Assembly (NCBI GenBank): GCA_038061335.1
Contig: JBBTZM010000005.1
Coordinates: 1 to 34,938 of the forward strand
DNA from: Patescibacteria group bacterium
GTDB taxonomy: Bacteria > Patescibacteriota > Minisyncoccia > UBA6257 > GWB1-50-10
Direction: 5' to 3'
DNA length: 34,938 bases
Shown here: one piece after another, positions 22,197 through 30,759 of the stretch
Position numbering within the stretch: the stretch's first letter is position 1
Layout of the letters: each line of letters opens with the position of its first letter
Made by a program: the position numbers and the translations under genes
Notes under the pieces: model-generated
Seen by the model: the letters and a program-made list of their open reading frames with translations, nothing else
What the model was told of the DNA's origin: nothing
Databases searched by the model: none

Positions 22197-22877
22197 ATGC
22201 ACACTCTCACCAAACGTCAAAACCAGGTGTTGAAGGTCATCGAGGCATATATCGCGAAGCATGATGAGCCGCCGACCATTCCGGAACTTCAGAAACTTTT
22301 GAAGGTTTCCTCGACACGCACCGTAACCCAGTACCTTGAGTCGCTCGAAAAAAAGGGCTTCATCGCCCGCTCGAAAAATAAGACAAGGGGCATTCGGCTA
22401 AAAGACCAGTCCGGAGACGCCTATGGTGAAACATTCACGTTTCCGGTCATAGGAGCCGCGGCCTGCGGCAGTTTGAATGTCTATGCCGAGGAGTCGTTTA
22501 ATGAGTTCGTTCAGGTCGCGAGGACGATATTCGGCGGGAAACGGAGGAACGAGGTAATTGTGATTCGCGCTCTTGGTCTTTCCATGCAGGACGCGGGCAT
22601 TCGGGACGGCGACCTCGTATTAGTAGAACTGACTGACGACGTAAAAAATAACGATATTGTCGCGGCGGTCATAGACGGCATGGCGGTTATTAAAAAAATT
22701 ACCTTCACTAAGGATGCCGTTGTCCTGAATCCCGTAACCTCGGTGGGTTCTTATCGGCAAATTATCATGCGGCGCGATTTTAAGATATTGGGACGCGTGG
22801 TGCACACCATAAAGGCATCGAAACAGAGTGAGGATATAGAGGTTGTGCCGGAACCGATGATACGAGGAATGGTTTAA
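22197..22877 (+). CDS. lexA: LexA repressor
   Basis: Winged-HTH N-terminus (LTKRQNQVLKVIEAYIAKHDEPPTIPELQKLL...LESLEKKGFI). S24 peptidase core: GLSMQDAGIRDGDLVLV (Ser) and AVIKKI (Lys). Confidence 0.9.
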   Translation: MHTLTKRQNQVLKVIEAYIAKHDEPPTIPELQKLLKVSSTRTVTQYLESLEKKGFIARSKNKTRGIRLKDQSGDAYGETFTFPVIGAAACGSLNVYAEESFNEFVQVARTIFGGKRRNEVIVIRALGLSMQDAGIRDGDLVLVELTDDVKNNDIVAAVIDGMAVIKKITFTKDAVVLNPVTSVGSYRQIIMRRDFKILGRVVHTIKASKQSEDIEVVPEPMIRGMV

Positions 22878-22999
22878 AATTTCTAATTTCTAATTTCTAA
22901 TTTCTAAACAATCTCAAATGTTAAAATTTAAAAACGTTTTAGAGATTTGGATTTTGGGTTTGTTTAGAGATTAGGGTTTAGAGATTAGAGATTAAAATT
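22878..22999. repeat. long imperfect inverted repeat of 'ttctaattt / agagatta' words
   Basis: Left arm 22878-22915 (aatttctaatttctaatttctaatttctaaacaatctc), right arm 22942-22999 (gagatttgg...tttagagattagagattaaaatt). It fills the lexA-rarA spacer. Confidence 0.8.
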
Positions 23000-23007
23000 A
23001 TGAATAT

Positions 23008-24234
23008 ATGGAAAACAATAATTCTCCTCTTGCCGACCGGCTCCGTCCAAAAACGTTTGAGGACTTTGTGGGGCAGGAGCATGTGGTTGGCCGAGACGCG
23101 CTCCTTAGGAAGGCGATTCTACAAGACGTTCTCCCATCAGTCATCTTCTGGGGGCCTCCGGGAGCAGGAAAAACAACCCTCGCCCACATCATAGCCGAGT
23201 CCACAAAGGCGCACTTCGAGAAGATGAGCGCGATTACGGGCGGGGTGGAGGATATCAAGGGAATTGTTAAAAAGGCGAAGGATTATAAAAAGGCCTACGG
23301 AAAGCAGACCATCCTTTTTATTGACGAAATTCACCGCTTTAACAAGCGCCAGCAGGACGCCCTCCTCCCGCACGTGGAGGACGGGACCATCATCTTTATC
23401 GGCGCGACCACGGAAAATCCAAGTTTTGAAGTGAATTCCGCCCTGCTTTCAAGAAGTAGGGTGTTTGTCTTAAACGCTCTGGAGGCCGGTGACATAGAAT
23501 CTATCTTGAAGCGCGCCTTGACCGATAAAGAGCGCGGGCTTGGTAACCAAAAAATAGACATAAAAGAAGACGCTTTGAAATTTCTCGCGAGCATGGCAAA
23601 CGGGGACGCACGGGTGGCCCTGAATGCTTTGGAGCTCGCGGTAAACGCCGGGTGTAACGTTACTGTTGAATCAATAAAAGAAGCCCTCCAGCGCACCCAC
23701 CTTTTGTATGACAAAGGCGGGGAGGAGCATTACAACATCATCTCCGCCTTGCACAAGTCCATGCGTGGAGGAGACGCGGATGCCGCCCTCTACTGGCTGG
23801 GGAGAATGTTGCAAGGCGGAGAAGACCCGCTCTATATCGCCCGCCGCCTGATTCGCTTTGCCTCCGAAGACATCGGCATCGCGAACTCCCTTGCCTTGCC
23901 GCAGGCGGTGGCGGCCTATGACGCCTGTCACTATATCGGCATGCCGGAATGCGAACTCGCCCTCGCCCAAGCCACGGTCTATATGGCAAAGTCCAAAAAA
24001 TCAAACGTCCTCTACACGGCCTACGGCAAAGTAAAAGAAGACATTAAAAACCTCCCAAACGCGCCCGTACCTCTCCATTTGCGAAACGCGCCGACCAAGC
24101 TTATGAAGGACCTGAACTACGGAAAGGATTATAAATACACACCTGATTTCAAAAGTGGTGAGGATGTAAAGCAGGACTATCTTCCGGAAAGATTAAAAGG
24201 CAAGAAGTATTTGGGGGAAGGTGAAAAATTTTGA
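23008..24234 (+). CDS. rarA: replication-associated recombination protein A (AAA+ ATPase)
   Basis: LRPKTFEDFVGQEH, GPPGAGKTT, LFIDEIHRFNKRQQDALLP, and the MgsA C-terminal region (HYNIISALHKSMRGGDADAALYWL). Confidence 0.95.
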   Translation: MENNNSPLADRLRPKTFEDFVGQEHVVGRDALLRKAILQDVLPSVIFWGPPGAGKTTLAHIIAESTKAHFEKMSAITGGVEDIKGIVKKAKDYKKAYGKQTILFIDEIHRFNKRQQDALLPHVEDGTIIFIGATTENPSFEVNSALLSRSRVFVLNALEAGDIESILKRALTDKERGLGNQKIDIKEDALKFLASMANGDARVALNALELAVNAGCNVTVESIKEALQRTHLLYDKGGEEHYNIISALHKSMRGGDADAALYWLGRMLQGGEDPLYIARRLIRFASEDIGIANSLALPQAVAAYDACHYIGMPECELALAQATVYMAKSKKSNVLYTAYGKVKEDIKNLPNAPVPLHLRNAPTKLMKDLNYGKDYKYTPDFKSGEDVKQDYLPERLKGKKYLGEGEKF

Positions 24235-24246
24235 TGATTGGCTTTT

Positions 24247-24280
24247 ATACATATAAAACACGATCGTGTTTTATATGTAT
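24247..24280 (+). terminator. perfect palindromic hairpin after rarA
   Basis: atacatataaaacacgatcgtgttttatatgtat (17-bp arms). Confidence 0.6.
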
Positions 24281-24311
24281 ATTTAGAAAAGTAGGATTCA
24301 AAAATAGGATT

Positions 24312-24683
24312 ATGTACCCGGAGGGATTTTGGGTGGCAATGGATGACGTCTTGCTTACGTACTCTGACAAACGAAACTACTATAAAATGCAAATTGTAAA
24401 TACCGATGTTCCCGAGAGGCCTTTAATAACCGCGGAAGTAAATCCTGATGCCGAGGGCCCTTTCAGGGCAGACCAATCTTATGCCACGTGGGACGGCGAG
24501 AAAAACCGCCTCCAAATTATCGCCCTTCCAAAAACAGAAGACCCCGATGGATTTATCGTAGTCTTAGTGGGTCCGACTGAAATAAAAAAAGCACCTATCG
24601 CTGGAGCATTCGGTACTTTTCCGGACCCGTCGATTATGGAGAGATATTCAAACAAATTCTCTCCACATTCGAGTTTTCTCTAA
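24312..24683 (+). CDS. hypothetical protein
   Basis: Start chosen after the terminator hairpin (MYPEGFWVAMDD...). I recognise no family. Confidence 0.45.
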   Translation: MYPEGFWVAMDDVLLTYSDKRNYYKMQIVNTDVPERPLITAEVNPDAEGPFRADQSYATWDGEKNRLQIIALPKTEDPDGFIVVLVGPTEIKKAPIAGAFGTFPDPSIMERYSNKFSPHSSFL

Positions 24684-24756
24684 AAAAATAGGGCCCGACG
24701 GAACATCGGGCCACATCGGACCACGTAGAATCTGGTCGCCTTCGCCCTAGCCTAGT

Positions 24757-25392
24757 TCAGCGAGAACTGCGGAGACGAGCCCAAACGACTGGCATCGTAC
24801 CGCGCGGTTCTACGGAAGTTAAGGTCGGAGTAGATTCTCGGAAGAAGAACCTCGAGGGCAGAAACTTAGTGATTCGGGGTTCGGGTTGAAGTTCAGCCAC
24901 GAAGAGCACCGATTCATTCCAGAAGGCAAAGGAGTAGTCCTTCTCGCCGGGAACGAAAAGTGTTCCGAGAACAATCTCGACTCCCCCCCGAATACGGAGA
25001 GTGCCGTTCTGGAACACAACCGCGCTCTCTACCTCAACCCATCCATGTCGGGTTTCTGGAGAGACACGAAAGTAGTGAAGATGGGCTATGCCGAACTCAC
25101 CCCAGAATGAAGAGGGAAGGAACACGGCCTCCTTGAGGTCCGACGTAGGGGGGCTCACATCAACCCCGAGGAACATGAGGTTGATATCATCAAGGGGTTT
25201 CTGTGCGACGGTAACGAGTTCGTATGCTCGGTGGAGACCTTGCTGAATCTGCTTGGCTTCATCGCGAAGGTCAACCGGTTCGGGAGGAGGCGGAGGAGGC
25301 AGAGAGGGGTCCCACCACACTCTTTGAGCAAGAGCGCCTCCCGCGAACACCGAGTAGACCAACAGGGAAACGAGCGCAAGGCGCTGAAACAT
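24757..25392 (-). CDS. hypothetical secreted protein
   Basis: Signal-peptide-like N-terminus MFQRLALVSLLVYSVFAGGALA, then a proline run. A strong GGAGG lies 7 nt upstream of the ATG, which is unusual in this window. Confidence 0.55.
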   Translation of the reverse strand: MFQRLALVSLLVYSVFAGGALAQRVWWDPSLPPPPPPEPVDLRDEAKQIQQGLHRAYELVTVAQKPLDDINLMFLGVDVSPPTSDLKEAVFLPSSFWGEFGIAHLHYFRVSPETRHGWVEVESAVVFQNGTLRIRGGVEIVLGTLFVPGEKDYSFAFWNESVLFVAELQPEPRITKFLPSRFFFRESTPTLTSVEPRGTMPVVWARLRSSR

Positions 25393-25461
25393 GGAATACC
25401 TCCAGTCATGGCATCCGCGTTTGATTGTGAACGACTCACTAAAAATAAAGTAACATAAGAA

Positions 25462-25500
25462 GACAAAAAAATCAAATAACGCCCAAACATCGAAGGCGTT
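25462..25500 (-). terminator. intrinsic terminator after rpmB
   Basis: Minus strand reads aacgcc-N11-ggcgtt followed by atttgattttttt. Confidence 0.6.
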
Positions 25501-25523
25501 TCGTGATCCTTAATTTTTAATCC

Positions 25524-25715
25524 CTACTTCGCGATTTTCACCATGCTACGCATGCACTTGGTGCACGCAAGGATGGAAGCCCCTGTTTTGGGGTTCGTTG
25601 TTTTTTGAAGGTTTGCTTTCTTTTTCTTCCAGTCCACGGGGTTGTAGTTGCCGCGGAGGAGTTTCCTCACCCCCCCCATCATATGTGATTTTCCGCAAAG
25701 TTCGCATTGGCGCAT
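25524..25715 (-). CDS. rpmB: 50S ribosomal protein L28
   Basis: MRQCELCGKSHMMGGVRKLLRGNYNP...ACTKCMR. The start is at the internal Met, not the ORF-track start at 25754. Confidence 0.85.
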   Translation of the reverse strand: MRQCELCGKSHMMGGVRKLLRGNYNPVDWKKKKANLQKTTNPKTGASILACTKCMRSMVKIAK

Positions 25716-25725
25716 AATGCAGTAG

Positions 25726-25754
25726 AGAATATATATTTTTGAATCGCCTGTCAA
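25726..25754 (-). promoter_or_regulatory. rpmB promoter
   Basis: Minus strand reads TTGACA (25749-25754), a 17-nt spacer, then TATTCT (25726-25731), 10 nt before the ATG. Confidence 0.55.
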
Positions 25755-25760
25755 TGTTTT

Positions 25761-25797
25761 GGATATCGGACCCCGCCAAGGCGGGGTCCGATATCCT
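25761..25797. terminator. 16-17-bp GC-rich hairpin with a CAAG/CUUG loop between two minus-strand genes
   Basis: ggatatcggaccccgc-caag-gcggggtccgatatcc. No clear U-tract. It shares the core cccgccaaggcggg with 28365-28378. Confidence 0.5.
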
Positions 25798-25814
25798 GAA
25801 TATTAATTTGAAAA

Positions 25815-26405
25815 TCATCCAAGCGTTGTTTCCTCGTACCTCTTCTCGTCAAAGTAAAAGCGGTAAAACACGGGGTTTTCTCCGGCATTGATTTGCAGGA
25901 TAATGGAACGCTGGGCGGGAGACACCCGGAATTTCACTACACCCGGTGAAACACTTTTCGGGGCAATGGAGTTGAATGCTCCGGTACTATTTGAAGGCCG
26001 GAGATTATTGCCGGAAGAAATATTGACGATTTCAAACATGCTCTGCGTCTCAAGCGCGCTGTAGGAGGAGGCCTCGCTCGTGAATGCGCGGAAGTTTACG
26101 GATACGTTGCCATCGGCGTCTTTTGATACGCCTTCTATAATCACCGCGATATTGGTTTGGGGTTCGAGGCGAGCGCTCGAAAGTGCGCGGAAAATAATCG
26201 CCGTGGGAATCGTTACAAGACCCGTGTTTTCAGTATTGGTCGAGGTTGGTGTGTCAGAAACCACTTCCGGCAGGGGAGGAGTAGAGGTCGCGGTAAGAAT
26301 GGAATTATTTTGAAACACCTCCTCGATATCAGAGAGTTTCTGCAGAACTGCGAAAAATCCTCCGACAAGAAGAAGTATTATAATCAAAGGGAGTCCGTAT
26401 TTCAT
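25815..26405 (-). CDS. hypothetical membrane-anchored protein
   Basis: N-terminal TM segment (LPLIIILLLVGGFFAVL), then a Ser/Thr/Pro-rich linker. TAAAAT (26412-26417 on the plus strand) sits 6 nt before the ATG. Confidence 0.55.
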   Translation of the reverse strand: MKYGLPLIIILLLVGGFFAVLQKLSDIEEVFQNNSILTATSTPPLPEVVSDTPTSTNTENTGLVTIPTAIIFRALSSARLEPQTNIAVIIEGVSKDADGNVSVNFRAFTSEASSYSALETQSMFEIVNISSGNNLRPSNSTGAFNSIAPKSVSPGVVKFRVSPAQRSIILQINAGENPVFYRFYFDEKRYEETTLG

Positions 26406-26425
26406 GTGTATATTTTAGCACAAAT

Positions 26426-26541
26426 ATGATACAAATATACTAATGGTACGAATGATACTAATGGATACGAATAATTACGAATGAGAATACAGCAGATTAG
26501 TATTATTCGTATCATTAGTACAATTCGTATATTGGTATCAT
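26426..26541. repeat. long imperfect inverted repeat of 'tacgaat/attcgta' words in a divergent promoter region
   Basis: Left arm atgatacaaatatactaatggtacgaatgatactaatggatacgaataattac, right arm gtattattcgtatcattagtacaattcgtatattggtatcat. Confidence 0.8.
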
Positions 26542-26545
26542 AGCT

Positions 26546-27151
26546 ATGGAAACCATCTTTTACATCATTATTTTGCTTTTTTCCGTCGTGATTCACGAAG
26601 TAACTCATGGTCTTGTTGCTGATAAACTCGGCGACCCCACCGCGCGCCTCGCGGGCCGGCTCACCTTAAACCCGATAAAGCATATTGACCTTTTTGGCTC
26701 CATTATTTTGCCGCTTACGATGGCGATTCTCCCCGGCGGCTTTATTTTTGGCTGGGCAAAACCCGTGCCATTCAACCCGTATCACCTGAAACACCCGGAA
26801 CGGGACGCGGCCCTTATCGCGATTGCCGGCCCCATAAGCAATTTTTTGGTGGCCGGGGTTTTTGGCGTTCTTATAAAAATCGGCGAAGCAGCGGCAATTC
26901 CGCTTATCGCGGGGGCTCTCCCGCTTTTTGCGGCAATTGTATGGATAAATATCATTCTCGCGGTTTTTAACTTGGTTCCCATTCCGCCCCTCGACGGCTC
27001 AAAAGTTCTCTTTGCTCTCCTCCCGCGCTCCGCGGATACATTCAAAATGCTTCTTGAACAATACGGATTCATTCTCCTTCTCTTTTTCATTTTCTTCGGA
27101 TTTCAGGTCATAACTCCGCTCATGAGGATTCTCTATGAGTTTTTGGTCTGA
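26546..27151 (+). CDS. site-2 protease family (M50) membrane metalloprotease
   Basis: HEVTHG zinc motif and NLVPIPPLDGSKV. Confidence 0.85.
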   Translation: METIFYIIILLFSVVIHEVTHGLVADKLGDPTARLAGRLTLNPIKHIDLFGSIILPLTMAILPGGFIFGWAKPVPFNPYHLKHPERDAALIAIAGPISNFLVAGVFGVLIKIGEAAAIPLIAGALPLFAAIVWINIILAVFNLVPIPPLDGSKVLFALLPRSADTFKMLLEQYGFILLLFFIFFGFQVITPLMRILYEFLV

Positions 27152-27156
27152 AACAT

Positions 27157-27184
27157 TTGACAACAAGCCAATTTTTGGTATTCT
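27157..27184 (+). promoter_or_regulatory. str-operon promoter
   Basis: TTGACA (27157-27162), a 16-nt spacer, then TGG-extended TATTCT (27176-27184). Confidence 0.6.
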
Positions 27185-27206
27185 TAAACACGTTTTGTAC
27201 ATGAGG

Positions 27207-27243
27207 TACGAATATACGAATACCATACGAATAGTACGAATAT
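27207..27243 (+). repeat. 'tacgaata' word repeat in the rpsL 5' UTR
   Basis: gaggtacgaatatacgaataccatacgaatagtacgaatATCAG. Direct repeats only. Related to 32027-32064 and 34031-34068. Confidence 0.8.
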
Positions 27244-27253
27244 CAGCTTTGGC

Positions 27254-27670
27254 ATGCCTACGGTAAATCAACTTCTAAAACACGCGAGAAAGAGCAGGGT
27301 AAAGAAAGAAAAGACGCCGGCGCTTCGGCGGTATTTTAATTATCTCCACAACAGGCCGGTGGATTCCCCCTCGCCTTTCAAGCGAGGAGTGTGCGTGAAG
27401 GTGTTTACCACGACTCCAAAAAAACCGAACTCCGCGCTCCGAAAAGTGGCGCGCGTGCGGCTTACAAACGGGATGGAGGTAACCGCCTATATCCCGGGAG
27501 AGGGGCATAATCTGCAGGAACACTCGGTGGTCGTGATTCGGGGCGGAAGGGTGAAAGACCTTCCCGGAGTGCGTTACCACGTGGTGCGAGGCGTGCTTGA
27601 CACGCAGGGGGTGGGCCCGAGAAAACAGGGACGTTCAAAATACGGAACAAAGAGACCAAAAGAGCAATAA
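27254..27670 (+). CDS. rpsL: 30S ribosomal protein S12
   Basis: MPTVNQLLK...[31 protein letters not shown]. Confidence 0.97.
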   Translation: MPTVNQLLKHARKSRVKKEKTPALRRYFNYLHNRPVDSPSPFKRGVCVKVFTTTPKKPNSALRKVARVRLTNGMEVTAYIPGEGHNLQEHSVVVIRGGRVKDLPGVRYHVVRGVLDTQGVGPRKQGRSKYGTKRPKEQ

Positions 27671-27700
27671 TCTGCAATTTGCAATCTGCAATTTGCAATC
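27671..27700 (+). repeat. tandem 'tctgcaatttgcaa' word repeat in the rpsL-rpsG spacer
   Basis: tctgcaatttgcaa tctgcaatttgcaa tc: two copies, followed by the ATCAG motif. Confidence 0.8.
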
Positions 27701-27710
27701 AGTGTATAGT

Positions 27711-28184
27711 ATGCGCAAAGGAGGTAAATATAAAAAACAGGAGCCGCAGCCGGACTATAAATATAACCGCATAGACATGGGTCGGTTTATTAACTATTTA
27801 ATGAGCCAGGGTAAAAAGAGCGTGGCGGAAAAGGTGTTTTACGGCGCGCTGGAAGAGGTGGAAAAGAAAACAAAGGCGAACCCGGTGGAGGTGTTTGAGA
27901 AGGCGATGGAAAACACTTCGCCTACCGTGGAGGTTGCCTCCCGCAGGGTGGGAGGGGCGAACTATCAGATTCCCATCGAGGTCCGGCCACAGAGAAAATT
28001 TTATCTTTCCTCGCGGTGGATTATAAACGCGGCGCGAGGAAAAAAGGGAAAGCCGATGCATATCCGGCTTGCCGAAGAAATTATCGCGGCTTCGAAAAAC
28101 GAAGGGGAGGCGATAAAGAAGAAACAGGACACTCATCGCGTGGCTGAAGCAAACCGCGCGTTTGCCTCCTTTTTAAGGAGATAG
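27711..28184 (+). CDS. rpsG: 30S ribosomal protein S7
   Basis: Start at the internal Met (MRKGGKYKKQEP...). Contains VEVASRRVGGANYQIPIEVRPQR. Confidence 0.95.
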   Translation: MRKGGKYKKQEPQPDYKYNRIDMGRFINYLMSQGKKSVAEKVFYGALEEVEKKTKANPVEVFEKAMENTSPTVEVASRRVGGANYQIPIEVRPQRKFYLSSRWIINAARGKKGKPMHIRLAEEIIAASKNEGEAIKKKQDTHRVAEANRAFASFLRR

Positions 28185-28199
28185 GCAGGGGCAAGGAAG

Positions 28200-28285
28200 C
28201 CGGTATGGTAAGGGGGTAAGGGTAAGGTAAAAAAACACTAACTACCTAACCCCTAAACCAAACCGGCATCTCTACCTTAACCCTA
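28200..28285. repeat. imperfect inverted repeat of 'ggtaagg / ccttacc' words
   Basis: ccggtatggtaagggggtaagggtaaggtaa ... ctacctaacccctaaaccaaaccgg ... ctaccttaaccct. Confidence 0.7.
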
Positions 28286-28297
28286 TTACTATTTTGT

Positions 28298-28471
28298 ATG
28301 CCCCGAGAATATCCAATAGAAAAAGTAAGAAATATCGGCATTATCGCCCACATAGACGCGTCGTCCCGCCAAGGCGGGACTTCCCTAAAACCCAGCGGTT
28401 TTAGTATTTCCGCCACGGGGAAACTCCCGTTTCCCCGACCCCTTTCCCGCATCTCTGTGGGCGGCAGGTAA
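28298..28471 (+). pseudogene. duplicated fusA 5' fragment (21 codons) fused to insert-derived sequence (57-codon ORF)
   Basis: 28298-28360 encodes [21 protein letters not shown], identical at the protein level to fusA codons 1-21. It then diverges inside the P-loop and stops at 28469-28471. Confidence 0.8.
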
Positions 28472-28483
28472 TTTATTTAATCT
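28361..28483 (+). other. 123-nt GC-rich three-hairpin insert between the two fusA 5' copies
   Basis: Hairpins at 28362-28380 (gtcccgc-caag-gcgggac), 28385-28404 (ctaaaacc-cagc-ggttttag) and 28416-28437 (cggggaaac-tccc-gtttccccg), the last nested in 28410-28464. Confidence 0.7.
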
Positions 28484-30580
28484 ATGCCAAGGGAATATCC
28501 AATAGAAAAAGTAAGAAATATCGGCATTATCGCCCACATAGATGCCGGAAAAACCACGGCAACCGAGGGTATTTTGTATTTGACGGGCCGGACTCACAAA
28601 ATCGGCGCGGTGCACGAGGGAGACACGCAGATGGACTGGATGGAACAGGAGCGCGAGCGCGGCATCACCATTACTTCGGCGGCCACAACTTGTTTTTGGA
28701 AACCAAAGCACTACCCGTCAAGCGGTACTCATCGCGTGAATATCATTGATACTCCCGGGCACATTGATTTTACGGTTGAGGTGCAGCGTTCACTCCGGGT
28801 CCTCGACGGCGCCGTGGTTCTTTTTGACGGGAAGATGGGGGTGGAGCCCCAGTCCGAAACCGTATGGCACCAGGCGGATGGGTTTGGCGTACCAAGAATT
28901 TGTTTTGTGAACAAGATTAATCAGACCGGCGGCGACTTTTGGAAAAGTTTGAAGTCAATTCGCGAACGCCTAAGCCCCAACGCCACCCCGATCCAAATCC
29001 CAATTGGGTTTGAAAAAGAAATCCGGGGAGTGGTGGACCTTGTAAAAATGAAGGCCTATACCTATAAAAATTACAGCGACAAAGAACTCGGAGAAGAAGA
29101 AATTCCGATTGAGCTCATGGAAGAGGCGAAAAAATGGAGGCATGAACTCATGGAAAAGGCCGTGGAGTCGGATGACACGCTTATGGAAAAATATCTCGCC
29201 GGAAAAGAATTGGAAGAGAAAGAATTGGTTCACGCGATTCGCAAAAGTACGCTTCAGGGCAAACTCTTTCCGGTTTTGGGAGGAGACGGAAGGGGAGTCA
29301 TCGTGGAGACGCTTCTTGACGCGGTGGTAAACTACTTGCCGGCTCCGACCGACCTCCCGCCCGTACAAGGGACACATCCGAAAACGGACAACAAAGAAGA
29401 ACGGAGCGCGAAAGACGAGGAACCATTTGCCGCGCTCGCTTTCAAAATTGCCTCGGACCCGTTTGTGGGCGCGCTTACCTTTTTTCGCGTGTATTCCGGA
29501 ACGCTTGAGAAGGGAAGTTACATTTTAAACGCCTCAAAAAATTCTCAGGAGCGGGTGGGGCGCATCGTCCGTCTCCATGCGAACCAGCGGGAAGACGTGG
29601 ACGCCGTGTATGCCGGAGAAATTGCGGCAATTGTTGGCTTGAAAAACACCGGAACCGGAGACACGCTCGCAAATCCCGAGCATCCGATTCTTCTTGAACG
29701 CATCTCTTTCCCCGAACCCGTGATTTCCGTAAGCATTGAGCCAAAGACAAAGGCGGACCAGGAGAAGATGGGCATCGCGCTTCGACGACTTTCGGAAGAG
29801 GACCCGACCTTTAAGGTGGGAGGGAACAAGGAGACGGGCGAGACCGTGATTTCCGGCATGGGAGAACTTCATTTGGAAATTCTTGTGGACCGGATGAAGC
29901 GCGAATTTACCGTGGAGGCAAACGTGGGCCGCCCGCAGGTGGCGTACAAGGAAACGATTAGGGCAGAGGCCGAGGCCGAAGGGAAATATATTAAGCAGTC
30001 CGGAGGACGCGGTCAGTATGGACACGTATGGCTCCGAGTTGCTCCGAGAGAGCGCGGCGCGGGATTTGAGTTTGTAACCAAGATACGCGGAGGAGTTATT
30101 CCTCAGGAATATATTCCCGCCGTTGGAAAGGGCGCGAAAGAGGCCCTGGACAAGGGCGTCGTTGCCGGATATCCGCTTGTGGACATCGAGGCAACGCTTT
30201 ATGATGGCTCGTTTCACGAGGTGGACTCTTCGGAAATGGCGTTCAAAATTGCGGGCTCCATGGCGTTTCAGGAAGCGGTACGGCGCGCCAGTCCCGTGCT
30301 CCTTGAGCCGATTATGAAAGTGCAGATTATCGTTTCCGCGAATTTTTTGGGAGACGTAACCGGAGACGTAAACGCGAAACGGGGAAAGATTCTTCAAATG
30401 GGAGAGCGCGAGAGCGTACGGCTCGTGGATACGGAAATTCCGCTTTCCGAGATGTTTGGATACTCGACCACGCTTCGCTCCATGACCCAAGGGCGCGGCT
30501 CCTTCACCATGGAGTTTAGCCACTACGCCGAGGTGCCGAAACATATCGCGGAGCAAATTGCGGAAGGAAAAAGAAGGTGA
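28484..30580 (+). CDS. fusA: elongation factor G
   Basis: [22 protein letters not shown] and full five-domain length (698 aa). Confidence 0.97.
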   Translation: MPREYPIEKVRNIGIIAHIDAGKTTATEGILYLTGRTHKIGAVHEGDTQMDWMEQERERGITITSAATTCFWKPKHYPSSGTHRVNIIDTPGHIDFTVEVQRSLRVLDGAVVLFDGKMGVEPQSETVWHQADGFGVPRICFVNKINQTGGDFWKSLKSIRERLSPNATPIQIPIGFEKEIRGVVDLVKMKAYTYKNYSDKELGEEEIPIELMEEAKKWRHELMEKAVESDDTLMEKYLAGKELEEKELVHAIRKSTLQGKLFPVLGGDGRGVIVETLLDAVVNYLPAPTDLPPVQGTHPKTDNKEERSAKDEEPFAALAFKIASDPFVGALTFFRVYSGTLEKGSYILNASKNSQERVGRIVRLHANQREDVDAVYAGEIAAIVGLKNTGTGDTLANPEHPILLERISFPEPVISVSIEPKTKADQEKMGIALRRLSEEDPTFKVGGNKETGETVISGMGELHLEILVDRMKREFTVEANVGRPQVAYKETIRAEAEAEGKYIKQSGGRGQYGHVWLRVAPRERGAGFEFVTKIRGGVIPQEYIPAVGKGAKEALDKGVVAGYPLVDIEATLYDGSFHEVDSSEMAFKIAGSMAFQEAVRRASPVLLEPIMKVQIIVSANFLGDVTGDVNAKRGKILQMGERESVRLVDTEIPLSEMFGYSTTLRSMTQGRGSFTMEFSHYAEVPKHIAEQIAEGKRR

Positions 30581-30601
30581 GAATCGGGACTATTCGGAAT
30601 G

Positions 30602-30630
30602 TTGTCAAATAAAAGAAAGTTTGATACAAT
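30602..30630 (+). promoter_or_regulatory. tuf promoter
   Basis: TTGTCA (30602-30607), a 17-nt spacer, then TACAAT (30625-30630). The implied 5' UTR of about 125 nt contains the word hairpin. Confidence 0.6.
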
Positions 30631-30668
30631 TACCGACGCACGTGTTTGCATAAATAGGTCGAAAATAT

Positions 30669-30750
30669 AAATTTCCAATCTCTAATATCTAATTTCCAAT
30701 AAATGTCCAAATGATCGAATTGGTAATTAGAAATTGGTAATTAGAAATTT
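30669..30750. repeat. imperfect inverted repeat of 'tttccaat/ttctaat' words in the tuf 5' UTR
   Basis: aaatttccaatctctaatatctaatttccaat (30669-30700) against attggtaattagaaattggtaattagaaattt (30719-30750). Confidence 0.8.
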
Positions 30751-30759
30751 TAACCAGAT

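Noticed and set aside
22878-22999. CRISPR array in the word-repeat spacers (also 4343-4376, 27671-27700, 30669-30750, 32027-32103)
   Set aside because: The repeat units are 7-14 nt, directly abutting or inverted, with no 25-40-nt repeats separated by unique spacers and no cas genes. They are low-complexity palindromic spacers.
28361-28483. Translational bypass (gene-60-like hop) or an intron joining the upstream fusA fragment to the main ORF
   Set aside because: The downstream copy has its own ATG and a complete N-terminus, so no joining is required. The gap (about 186 nt to the equivalent codon) is far longer than known bypass elements and too short and simple for an intron.
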